NCBI GenBank assembly: GCA_041736175.1
Contig: JBGSUI010000234.1
Span: forward strand, 33,394 to 97,393
Direction: 5' to 3'
Length of the DNA: 64,000 bases
Source of the DNA: Oligoflexales bacterium
Lineage (GTDB): Bacteria; Bdellovibrionota_B; Oligoflexia; Oligoflexales; CAIYRB01
The position numbers were made by a program, and so were the translations under genes. The notes under the pieces are model-generated. The model saw nothing but the letters and a program-made list of their open reading frames with translations. It made no database searches and had not been told where the DNA came from. Position 1 is the stretch's first letter. The number at the start of each line of letters is the position of its first letter. Of the stretch, positions 28,071 to 37,047 are shown one piece after another.

Positions 28071-30689
28071 ATGGACTTAAGTCATGTTTTTGCCCTGGAT
28101 GTTTATAGCGAATCGCAGCAGCACAGTGGGTGCCAGTGCCGCACGGCCTCTCCCGCAGCTTTTGCCGGTGCAGAAGCTGAAGATCACTATCCCCGAGATT
28201 TGGGTCTGTCGACTAAGCATCTTGAGATTTATATCCGGGTGAATATCGAAAAAAAATCCATAGCCGTAAACCTCGTACACCATATCATCGCTAACCGGGA
28301 GGGCGAGCGGGAGTTGGTCTTGGATGGCGTTGGCTTTCACGATCTCATGGTTGAAGGGGTTGATGAATCACAAGGCAAAGTGTCTTACAGCTATGATTCT
28401 AAGAAAATAATCGTTGATTGGGCCGACGTTTTTGTCAAAGACGAAACAAGAAAAATCCGCTTATCCTACGAAGTAGTCGACCCACCAACGGGTCTGTTTT
28501 TTATGAGTCCAACTTCTGAAGACGTCTCGAGACCGACCTATGCAGCCACTGATCATGAGACCGAAAGGGCCCGCTACTGGCTTGCCTGTATCGACTCTCC
28601 CAATGTCAAATCGACCCTCGACTGGCATATTACAGCCTCTGATCAATGGTTCATCTTAGCCAATGGAGCTTTTGTCCACGAAACCAATCTCGGCAATGGA
28701 GAAAAAACGGTTTTTTGGCAGCTTAAACAGCCCTGCCCTAGCTACTTGGCGTGTTTTGTCGTAGGGGATATGGTCCAGGCAACCCATGGACGGGTGGGCG
28801 AGATCCCTATCGAATCGTTTGCCACCAGAGAGTTTACCTCTCATCACCTTGATTTGTCCTTTGGTCGAACACCAAAGATGCTTGAATGGATGATTGGAAA
28901 ACTAGGGGTTGCTTTTCCGTATCCCAAATATTTTCAGTTTGCACTCCCCAACTTTGGGGGAGCGATGGAAAATATTTCCCTTGTCAGCTGGGACGACCAG
29001 TTTGTTTGTACCGAAAAGTCTTTTCATGAACAGTCTTGGCTTACGGACCAGGTTAACGTCCATGAGATGGCCCACTCTTATTTTGGTGATTTAGTTGGAT
29101 GTCGAGATTTCTCCCATGTTTGGCTTAAGGAGTCTTGGGCAACCTATATGGAAACCTGTTGGTTAGAAGATCAAAAGGGCAAAGACGAACAGCTCTACGA
29201 TTTATGGCGCAATGGGGGAGGGTATTTTGACGAGGCAGACCAAAAATATATGAGGCCCCTCGTCACCAGGAGATACCAATCCTCGTGGCAGATGTTTGAT
29301 ATGCATCTTTACCAAGGTGGGGCCTGCCGGCTCCACACCCTTCGGTGCGAGCTGGGGGACAGGGTTTTCTGGCAAGCAGTCCAAGACTATCTCCAAAAAT
29401 TTCAGAATAGCGTGGTGGAGACCAACGATTTTAGGTCCGTCTTAGAGCAGCATAGCGGTCGGTCACTGCAGAAGTTTTTTGACCAATGGTTTTTTGGTGC
29501 AGGCTATCCTGATCTTAAAGTGGCTTTTTCATACGATAAAAAGCAAAAAAAGGGGACCTTTGAAGTCACCCAAAAGCAGGTGAGTAAAGGCGGCACTGTT
29601 TTTGAGTTGAAAACCAACCTTGGCTGGACTTTCAATAAGGGAAAGGGAGAGCTTGAAAACCTCGTAGCGATTGTCCTCGATAATGAGCGCCAGAGTTTTA
29701 GCTTTGCCATGGATCAGGAGCCCGCACAGGTACGGTTTGATCCCCTTTGTAAGGTCCTCCATAAGCTAGAATTTGATCCCGGCGAAGCCATGTCTCTAGA
29801 GCAGTTGCAAAATAGCACTGACGTGGTTGGTCGGATCCAAGCGGCACAAAATTTGGGTAAGACCGGAAAAAACAAAAATCTGGAGAGTCTTGCCGATCGG
29901 TATAAAACGGAATCGTTTTGGGGAGTCAAACGGGAAATCATCAAGGTCCTTGCAGACTCCCAGACAGAAAAATCTATTGAGATATTGTTGGGTTTTATGG
30001 AAACGGAGTCAGATCATCTGGTTTTGGACCGGTTGATGTCAGCTCTTGGCCAGTTTCGAGATGAGCGGGTTAAGAAAGCTTTGAGCGACTATCTGCAAAA
30101 ATCTCACTTACCCCCTAAGGCTTGGACCCAGGCGGTGCAGGCTTTGGGGAATCAAAGGGATCCAAAGTTGATCCCTCAGATTAAAGAGGAATTTTTAAAG
30201 GATGAAAGCCCCCAAAAAGCGGTGGCTCGGGCCAGCTTGCAGGCTCTCGGCGCAACGCGGTCCCCTGATGTGTTGCCCTATTTAAAGGAGCAGATAAAGC
30301 CCCAGGTCTTGGGGTACCGGATTAGAAAGGGGGCGGTGTTGGGACTATCCCAGCTCGCGCCTTATGTGGACCGTTTTCTTGTGACTGCTATCGAAGAAAA
30401 CGTGGCCGATTTGCTTCGGGATCAAGATAAGTGGGTGCGGGAGGCTGCCGTCCAGGGGATCGGAATCGGTAGGATGACCTCAGCACTAAAACGAGTGAAA
30501 AACTATGGAGCAAGATTGCCGCTCCAAGACAAGCTTGGAGTGGATAAGGTTGTCGAACATCTCTCGGCGGAGGATCCAGGGGGGCGGCAAGGGGCCTTAG
30601 AAAAGCAGCTTGAGGAGCTTAAGGCTTCGTACCGCAAACTTGAGGCGAGGATTCAGGATCTTGAAGACAAAAAATCAGCAGAAGTTTAG
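28071..30689 (+). CDS. pepN: M1-family aminopeptidase with C-terminal HEAT repeats and coiled coil
   Basis: GGAMEN, HEMAH-X18-E, LYQGG; HEAT repeats; terminal coiled coil. Confidence 0.88.
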   Translation: MDLSHVFALDVYSESQQHSGCQCRTASPAAFAGAEAEDHYPRDLGLSTKHLEIYIRVNIEKKSIAVNLVHHIIANREGERELVLDGVGFHDLMVEGVDESQGKVSYSYDSKKIIVDWADVFVKDETRKIRLSYEVVDPPTGLFFMSPTSEDVSRPTYAATDHETERARYWLACIDSPNVKSTLDWHITASDQWFILANGAFVHETNLGNGEKTVFWQLKQPCPSYLACFVVGDMVQATHGRVGEIPIESFATREFTSHHLDLSFGRTPKMLEWMIGKLGVAFPYPKYFQFALPNFGGAMENISLVSWDDQFVCTEKSFHEQSWLTDQVNVHEMAHSYFGDLVGCRDFSHVWLKESWATYMETCWLEDQKGKDEQLYDLWRNGGGYFDEADQKYMRPLVTRRYQSSWQMFDMHLYQGGACRLHTLRCELGDRVFWQAVQDYLQKFQNSVVETNDFRSVLEQHSGRSLQKFFDQWFFGAGYPDLKVAFSYDKKQKKGTFEVTQKQVSKGGTVFELKTNLGWTFNKGKGELENLVAIVLDNERQSFSFAMDQEPAQVRFDPLCKVLHKLEFDPGEAMSLEQLQNSTDVVGRIQAAQNLGKTGKNKNLESLADRYKTESFWGVKREIIKVLADSQTEKSIEILLGFMETESDHLVLDRLMSALGQFRDERVKKALSDYLQKSHLPPKAWTQAVQALGNQRDPKLIPQIKEEFLKDESPQKAVARASLQALGATRSPDVLPYLKEQIKPQVLGYRIRKGAVLGLSQLAPYVDRFLVTAIEENVADLLRDQDKWVREAAVQGIGIGRMTSALKRVKNYGARLPLQDKLGVDKVVEHLSAEDPGGRQGALEKQLEELKASYRKLEARIQDLEDKKSAEV

Positions 30690-30701
30690 GTTTGTCCGTA
30701 G

Positions 30702-31118
30702 ATGAGATATGTGCAAGTTAAAAAATGCTGGCTTTTAATAATGGTGGCCTTGTTATGGTCCTCTTATTTAAAAGCCGCCGCCATCCTAGCACCCACACTT
30801 AAAAAAGGCGCGTGCCTTGACCACACCTACACTGAGTTTGGAGAGATGGTCAAACAGCAAAAACCTAAATTTATTGTTTTCTTTGCGTCCTGGTGCATGG
30901 CTTGTCGCAAGCATATCTTGGAGTCAAACCCGGCCCAAACGGTTTATGTGATCGCTTTTGATGAAATGGGAGCTGGACAAAAAGCACTTTTTTCCCAATT
31001 TCCAAGCCAGGTTTTGCCGACTCTTTGGTGCGAAGCAGACCAAAGGGGCGAGATAAAACGCGCCTATAACGTGAAACAGCTGCCAAAAACAGTTAGACTC
31101 AGTGGATCCGACCTTTAA
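30702..31118 (+). CDS. Exported thioredoxin-like protein
   Basis: Signal peptide; FFASWCMACR; YNVKQLPKT cis-Pro loop. Confidence 0.75.
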   Translation: MRYVQVKKCWLLIMVALLWSSYLKAAAILAPTLKKGACLDHTYTEFGEMVKQQKPKFIVFFASWCMACRKHILESNPAQTVYVIAFDEMGAGQKALFSQFPSQVLPTLWCEADQRGEIKRAYNVKQLPKTVRLSGSDL

Positions 31119-31167
31119 TCCGCCCCATAGGATGCAGGTTGCACTTAACACTTTTGTGGAGGCTGCT

Positions 31168-31992
31168 ATGATCCAAGTGAAAACAACAAAAAGTGGAATA
31201 GGCTACCAAATCCTGGGTAGGGGAGAGCCCCTAGTGATCTTGAGAGGATTAGGTCGAAATATCAAACATTGGCTAGGTTATGAAAAGGTCTTAGCCAAGA
31301 GCTTTCGAGTGATCGCTATCGACCTGAGAGGGGTAGGGGTTACGTTAAAACCCATGCGGCCATATGCTGCCATTTGGGATCTTGCTGGCGATGTCAATGA
31401 AGTTCTCGAAGACGCTAGGGTAGAAAAGGCTCATATCTTAGGGGTGTCTTTAGGTGGAATGGTAACCTTGGCCTTTGGGATCAAATATCCAGAAAAGAGT
31501 AACTCTCTTATCGTTATCAACATGTCCATAGGTGGCTTGAGGACATTGAGGATTTACCCGAAGGTGGTAGCCCTACTTGGGAGTAAAGGCATTAAAAATG
31601 ACCCCGATATAGAGCTTGGGTTGGCCCCCTTTCTGGCAGGATCACTCTTATCCAATGACCAAGTCAAAGAGCTTGGCCAAAAAAATAAACAGATATTTTT
31701 GTCTGAGCGCAATGTTGTTCCGGTGGTCTTAATGCAGCTTTTAGCCGCCGTTCGGTTTAGACCAAAAAAACAACTCCAAAAGCTAACGGTTCCTACAATG
31801 GTCGTCTATGGTACAGCCGATCGATTCGTACCAAATATAAACAGTATCAAGATAGCGTCGCTTATTCCCCACTCAAGATTGGTTCCTCTTGAAGGAGCAG
31901 GTCACGAAGTCAGTTTTGATCGTGGGGATCAGCTTTTTGAAATCTTAGGGGAATGGATCGCCCTAAACCAATCTCGAAAAACAGTTGGATGA
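31168..31992 (+). CDS. Alpha/beta hydrolase
   Basis: GVSLGG nucleophile elbow, GTADRFVP, GAGH; GGAGG RBS before ATG 31168. Confidence 0.9.
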   Translation: MIQVKTTKSGIGYQILGRGEPLVILRGLGRNIKHWLGYEKVLAKSFRVIAIDLRGVGVTLKPMRPYAAIWDLAGDVNEVLEDARVEKAHILGVSLGGMVTLAFGIKYPEKSNSLIVINMSIGGLRTLRIYPKVVALLGSKGIKNDPDIELGLAPFLAGSLLSNDQVKELGQKNKQIFLSERNVVPVVLMQLLAAVRFRPKKQLQKLTVPTMVVYGTADRFVPNINSIKIASLIPHSRLVPLEGAGHEVSFDRGDQLFEILGEWIALNQSRKTVG

Positions 31993-32037
31993 CAGTAGCG
32001 AGAGGTATCACAGCATTTTTCAGTAAAAGGAAATATA

Positions 32038-33162
32038 TTGGAAACATCTTTCGAGCCATCTAAATTAAAACTGGAAGAAATTAGCGAATCTGTACTCTAT
32101 ACCACAGATTGGACGATAGAGACGCTTGCAAGACAAATTGAAAAAAAGAGAATTAATCTTGAACCTGAGTTTCAACGTCAAGATGCTTGGGATGATGATC
32201 GAAAATGTTATTTGATTGAGAGTCTGATATTAGGATTCCCTGTCCCTCAGATCATGTTGGCTGAAAAAGATAGTAAATTCCTGATTATCGATGGAAAGCA
32301 ACGCTTATTGGCGATTGTTCAATTTCTAGGTCTTGGTGATTTCAAGAGTTTTAGACTAAAAAATCTTGAAATCTTGACAATGTTAAACGGAAAAAGTTGC
32401 GATGAAATCCGAAACGACCCATCGGTATCACATTTTATCGAACGACTAGAGAATCAAACTCTAAGGACCGTGGTGGTTAGAAATTGGCCCAATGATGAAT
32501 TTTTATATCAGGTGTTTACGAGGCTTAATAAAGGAAGCTTGCCGCTCTCACCTCAAGAACTGAGAGCAGCTCTATTTCAAGGTCCCTTCATAACTTTTAT
32601 TCGAAATCTTGAAATTCCGAAAGAATTCTCCAAAGCTCTTTTTACAACCGACGAAGATGTAAGATTTAAAGACTCTGAATTGATTGTTCGAGGAATTGGC
32701 TTTTCGGGACTTTTTCCGGCACAATACAAAGTGGATTTAAAGAGCTTTTTAGACTCAATATGTGCCGATTTAAACAAAAAGAATCCAGAGATTTACATTG
32801 AATATTTTGAAAAATTTTTAAATTCAGTAAAGACAACAATAGAAATATTTGGGTCTGATAACTCATATTCCCGTTGGAAAGATGATGAAAAAAAATATAC
32901 AAAGAGAGTGTCTAAACCAGTCTTCGATATTTTTTCCTGCTTTTTTGCAAATGATAAGATCTCAGAAAAAGCTCTTTCTGCTAAAGAATGTATCGAACTC
33001 AAATACAGAGAATTGTGGGAAGACCCTGATTTTTTAAAGGCAACTCTTTACAATACAGGTCTGAAATCTAATGTCAAGATTCGAATAAAAAAGTTTGGTG
33101 AACTATTGGTAGCATGCTGTGGCCAGGAGGTTAGCTCAGAGGTTGCAAAGTATGTTGATTGA
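32038..33162 (+). CDS. DUF262 (GmrSD N-terminal, ParB/Srx-like) protein
   Basis: PEFQRQDAW, IESLILGFPVP, IIDGKQRL, FTRLNKGSLPLS; AT-rich. Confidence 0.9.
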   Translation: METSFEPSKLKLEEISESVLYTTDWTIETLARQIEKKRINLEPEFQRQDAWDDDRKCYLIESLILGFPVPQIMLAEKDSKFLIIDGKQRLLAIVQFLGLGDFKSFRLKNLEILTMLNGKSCDEIRNDPSVSHFIERLENQTLRTVVVRNWPNDEFLYQVFTRLNKGSLPLSPQELRAALFQGPFITFIRNLEIPKEFSKALFTTDEDVRFKDSELIVRGIGFSGLFPAQYKVDLKSFLDSICADLNKKNPEIYIEYFEKFLNSVKTTIEIFGSDNSYSRWKDDEKKYTKRVSKPVFDIFSCFFANDKISEKALSAKECIELKYRELWEDPDFLKATLYNTGLKSNVKIRIKKFGELLVACCGQEVSSEVAKYVD

Positions 33163-33715
33163 TGAGCGAATCTTACAATTAAAGCAGAGCTTAGAAACAG
33201 CTAGGACGGAGATGCTTCCCAATCTCGAAGAGGCCAATTCTTGGCATATAAAAGGATATATACTCCTGGTCCATGCGGAATTCGAAAGCTTCATCGAAGA
33301 TATCGGAGTTTATATTGCCGATTTAGCATTAAGCCTTTGGATAGAATCTTCGAAATCAACAATCGCGTTGAGTTACTTAATTATGTTTTTTACGCCAGAA
33401 AAAGTTCAGGGTGATTTTCTAACGAGACTACATAAGTGTCACAAAAACTACAAAAATAATGTGAAGGGAAACAATGGGATAAAGTCTGACCATGTATTTA
33501 AGCTACTTGGAAAATTAGGCCTAGCTCTTGATCTGGTGGATGTTACATTGGACGGAGATTTGGACTCATTTGGCACCAAAAGGGGTGAAATTGCGCACAG
33601 CAATTCTGGACAAATCACTACATCACTCAATGCGTCTGACATCGTAACAAGTGTTGAAAATATGTCTAAGGGATTGTCAAAAATCGGAAATGAAGTTAAT
33701 AGAGTTCTAAGCTGA
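33152..33715 (+). CDS. HEPN-domain protein (RiboL-PSP/MAE_28990-like), probable RNase toxin
   Basis: LLVHAEFESFIED, NNGIK, KRGEIAH (R-X4-H); overlaps the DUF262 stop. Confidence 0.85.
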   Translation: MLIDERILQLKQSLETARTEMLPNLEEANSWHIKGYILLVHAEFESFIEDIGVYIADLALSLWIESSKSTIALSYLIMFFTPEKVQGDFLTRLHKCHKNYKNNVKGNNGIKSDHVFKLLGKLGLALDLVDVTLDGDLDSFGTKRGEIAHSNSGQITTSLNASDIVTSVENMSKGLSKIGNEVNRVLS

Positions 33716-33724
33716 TCGCTATTT

Positions 33725-34492
33725 CTATCTATTATTTACGACCAAATCCTCAAAAGATTTTCTCACATCGAGGGGATGTGAGAGGTGAGAAAGGTTTTCG
33801 TAGAGAGTTCCAAGGAGAATCCCCAGCGGTAGAAAATCAGCATGCAACTTAATTTTATGGTTTTTGCAGTGAACAAAAATATCGTGAAAGGATTTCCGAA
33901 ACCCGCTTAGGGTAAAGCTGACCTGGGACTGGTCACCTTCGCCAAAATGAGCTAAAAAGAGGTCTTCTGCAGTGCTGAGATTAAGCTGTGCCAAGCCCTT
34001 GCGAAACAGGCCCATATCACCCCCATAAAAACCTTGGTAGATCTCCCGCATGGCGTTTATAAAAAGCTCGTCCCATTGATGGAAAAGGGCTTGGGGAGTC
34101 CAGACCAGGTGACCATTATCGTGTGAAAAGGCCTGATGCCTCAGGTCGAGAACACACTCAGAAAGACCAAAAATTTGACTAAAATAAAGCTTGAGAATCA
34201 CTGATCCGTAGTCCAAAGGGGCTGCTAGGGTTAAATCATAGGACGGATTCCACGGAGTGGCATTCTTGGATTTCGAAGCTTGAATCGACAAAGGAAGCTT
34301 TTGGGTATCCAAAAAATCTTGCAACGTCTGGATTTTTTGTGGCGGGATAGGCTGTAAAGCTCGATTCACAAGGCGACCGATCAGGGCCATGGATTGACCG
34401 ACAGATACGACATCAAAAAAGCTAGGGCTTATAAAATCGAGCAGATCTGCGCCGCCGGCTTTTCGCACGGTTTCTAGTAGAATTTTAAGCAT
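33725..34492 (-). CDS. Hypothetical protein resembling the C-lobe of ABC1/UbiB atypical kinases without catalytic motifs
   Basis: ILKLYFSQIF, F...REIYQGFYGGD, KLHADFLPLGILLGTLYENLSHL..LDVRK pattern. Confidence 0.5.
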   Translation of the reverse strand: MLKILLETVRKAGGADLLDFISPSFFDVVSVGQSMALIGRLVNRALQPIPPQKIQTLQDFLDTQKLPLSIQASKSKNATPWNPSYDLTLAAPLDYGSVILKLYFSQIFGLSECVLDLRHQAFSHDNGHLVWTPQALFHQWDELFINAMREIYQGFYGGDMGLFRKGLAQLNLSTAEDLFLAHFGEGDQSQVSFTLSGFRKSFHDIFVHCKNHKIKLHADFLPLGILLGTLYENLSHLSHPLDVRKSFEDLVVNNR

Positions 34493-34624
34493 CAATGGAT
34501 CCTACCTGGTGGCTGACACTAATGATAAAATCCGAATGTGGGAGCTCCTGTATTCAGACGCACCATACTGCGCTATATTAGCGAGCAGTACGGAAAAGTC
34601 AATTTATGTGGGAGTGTAGCTAAA

Positions 34625-36010
34625 ATGGATGGTCCTACTTTTGTGGTGGCAGGAGCCAGCGGCTATGTGGGTAAAGCTCTTATGGAAAGCCTCGTGGCAC
34701 GGTTTCCACAATCAACCCTTATCGCTCTCTCTCGCGGTCAAAAAACCTGCAATCGGCCCCAGGTTCAGTGGAAATCCTGTGACCTTTTTAATCTAAAATC
34801 CCTCGAAGATTCGTTGCCCGCACGCATCGATGTGGCTTTTTACCTGGTCCATTCCATGGGACCCACCTCACACCTGGACCAGGGAACCTTTGCGGACTAC
34901 GACTTAATTCTGGCCGACAATTTTGCGTCGGCAGTCGCGAAAAGGGGTGTGAGCCAGGTGATCTATCTGAGTGGCCTGATTCCAGAGACCGAGAGTCTTT
35001 CTCCCCATCTTAAAAGCAGGCTTGAGGTCGAAGAGATTTTTATAGGAAAAAAGCTGCCAACAACGATCTTTCGGGCCGGCCTAATCGTCGGACCTTCGGG
35101 TTCGTCGTTTCAAATCATTTTGAAATTGGTTACCCGATTGCCGCTGATGGTCTGTCCAGGGTGGACTCAAAATATCTCGACTCCAGCCCCGCTCCAAGTC
35201 GTTTTAGATTCGATGGCAGATGCAGCCCTAAACCCAAATTCCATAGGAGAAATCTATGATTTGGCGGGGTGCAAATCACTGACCTATCTACAGATGATGA
35301 AAGACACGGCTGCGTTTCTCAAAAAGCGCCGGGTTTTTTTAAGTGTGCCCTTTTTTAGTCCCAATCTATCCCGTCTTTGGGTGAGTCTGGTCACCCAGAC
35401 TCCTAAAGAGTTAGTTTACCCGCTTATCCAGTCATTACAACACTCCATGGTCGCGCGGGTGAGCCACCAATATCCCATGAAAGTGGTAGAAAAAACCTAC
35501 CTTGAGATTCTAGGGGAGTTGCCCCTGGTGAAACCCAGTCCAGTGCCCTTTTTTAAAAAGCGACCACGGACTAAAACCGTAAGATCCATCCAAAGATTAC
35601 CCTTGCCTTCAGGTTGGAATTCAAACCTGGTAAAAGCCGAATACCTGCGGTGGCTGCCACAGTTTATGTCGCCATTGATAAAAGTGAGGACTGAGCAAAA
35701 CCAAGTTCAATTTTGCTTATTCAGCGATAAGATCGTCTTGCTTCACCTGGAGTTTCGAGAGGCTGAGAGTTGTCGCGAGAGGCAGCTTCTGGTCATCCGA
35801 GGAGGGCTCTTGGCGGCGCCCCAGCAAAGTGGCAGGTTGGAATTTCGGGATGTCCCACCGTTAAATTCTATCCTTGCAGCCATCCATGACTTTCGCCCAG
35901 CGTTGCCCTGGTTTATATACCGGGCTTCCCAAGCACTGATCCACCTTTGGGTTATGAAATCCTTTGGACGTCATTTAGCCAGGATTACGGCGGGCAAAGG
36001 CGCCACCTAA
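34625..36010 (+). CDS. YbjT-like NAD(P)-binding atypical SDR with DUF2867-like C-terminus
   Basis: VAGASGYVG, AFYLVHSM, IYLSGL, SPHLKSRLEVE, FRAGLIVGPSGSSF. Confidence 0.85.
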   Translation: MDGPTFVVAGASGYVGKALMESLVARFPQSTLIALSRGQKTCNRPQVQWKSCDLFNLKSLEDSLPARIDVAFYLVHSMGPTSHLDQGTFADYDLILADNFASAVAKRGVSQVIYLSGLIPETESLSPHLKSRLEVEEIFIGKKLPTTIFRAGLIVGPSGSSFQIILKLVTRLPLMVCPGWTQNISTPAPLQVVLDSMADAALNPNSIGEIYDLAGCKSLTYLQMMKDTAAFLKKRRVFLSVPFFSPNLSRLWVSLVTQTPKELVYPLIQSLQHSMVARVSHQYPMKVVEKTYLEILGELPLVKPSPVPFFKKRPRTKTVRSIQRLPLPSGWNSNLVKAEYLRWLPQFMSPLIKVRTEQNQVQFCLFSDKIVLLHLEFREAESCRERQLLVIRGGLLAAPQQSGRLEFRDVPPLNSILAAIHDFRPALPWFIYRASQALIHLWVMKSFGRHLARITAGKGAT

Positions 36011-36776
36011 GGCCCCATTGGTGATGAAAACTGCCGTCTTTGGAATCAACCGTTAAGGTCATGGGAGTTTGCCCAGAGTCCCCTTTTGCAGGCCTAAGCA
36101 TTAAGGTGGTCTCGATCCGGAGGTCCTGAGTGGGCTTACAGGCAGACCAGAGGTGTTTCAATTGACCTAGAGCCTGACCCTTCTTTAGGGGAAATGTCGC
36201 GCGAAATTGATAATTGTCAGCATAGGGACCGGCGAGTTTAGTGACAAATCTCTGGTGGGAGGACCTGCTCTTGAAACCGATTTTTGTGTGGATTTCGGCC
36301 CGATTTTGGGGGGCAATTTCAGCCCATCCCCTTAAGTCTAGAGATATAAAGCTAAACTGCCACCCAGCGGGGACCGCCGTCGTCAAGGCTACCGTGCATC
36401 GAGTCGACCTCTGGTACAGGTTTTCTGTAGGAGCATAGGTGACTTGAAAATTTGAAAACAGCAGGGTAAAAGCCTGCCCATCCGCAGCGATTTGGGAAGC
36501 AACGCTACCCTCGGGGCAGCCGACGCCAAAGGTTTTGATTCCAACCATCGATAGTTTTGGTCTATCTTGGGTGGTGCTTAAGGATCCCGCCGCCTTTTGG
36601 TCACTCCAGACCTTTGGAGCCTCCGCACGATCAGAAATCGGGAGTTGGTCTTTGTCGGGAGTTGCCCCACAGCCAGTCAGGAATCCAGTGAGGATCGCCG
36701 CCAGGGCTGGGCCTAGGACCCTCCATTGGAAAACTAAAGATGTGGCATTGGGTTTTATAATCTTAAAAAATCCTGC
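35985..36776 (-). CDS. DUF4360-like lipoprotein; frame extends to 36776 and includes a lipobox but has no canonical start there
   Basis: GVGCPEGS...DGQAFTLLFSNF...C...VPAGWQFS...RG, WSAC, W..C. In-frame upstream sequence reads ALAAILTGFLTGC. Confidence 0.7.
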   Translation of the reverse strand, partial: AGFFKIIKPNATSLVFQWRVLGPALAAILTGFLTGCGATPDKDQLPISDRAEAPKVWSDQKAAGSLSTTQDRPKLSMVGIKTFGVGCPEGSVASQIAADGQAFTLLFSNFQVTYAPTENLYQRSTRCTVALTTAVPAGWQFSFISLDLRGWAEIAPQNRAEIHTKIGFKSRSSHQRFVTKLAGPYADNYQFRATFPLKKGQALGQLKHLWSACKPTQDLRIETTLMLRPAKGDSGQTPMTLTVDSKDGSFHHQWGLRWRLCPP

Positions 36777-36984
36777 TCATAGTATAAACATATTAATATT
36801 TTGTAAGCGAGGGTTCGGCGAAAAAGCTAGCTTTGTCAGCCTTTGCTAAACTCCCCTTTAAGAACTGCAAAGTTTGATCCAGGATAGGTAGGAGGAGGAC
36901 ATAATGGCCTAGCTGCAGTGTTGATTCTGGAAGAAAATGCCTAGGGAGGAATGAGACATGTAAGTGGTTCCAGTCATTTAGACT

Positions 36985-37001
36985 CTGGCATAGTCCCTGC
37001 A
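36985..37001 (+). promoter_or_regulatory. sigma54 promoter of fliK-flgD
   Basis: CTGGCATAGTCCCTGCA (GG-N10-GC), about 47 nt before the fliK ATG. Confidence 0.7.
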
Positions 37002-37047
37002 ATACACTTACCTATCAATAAGCCTCAGTTTGATAAGAGGAGTCAGC

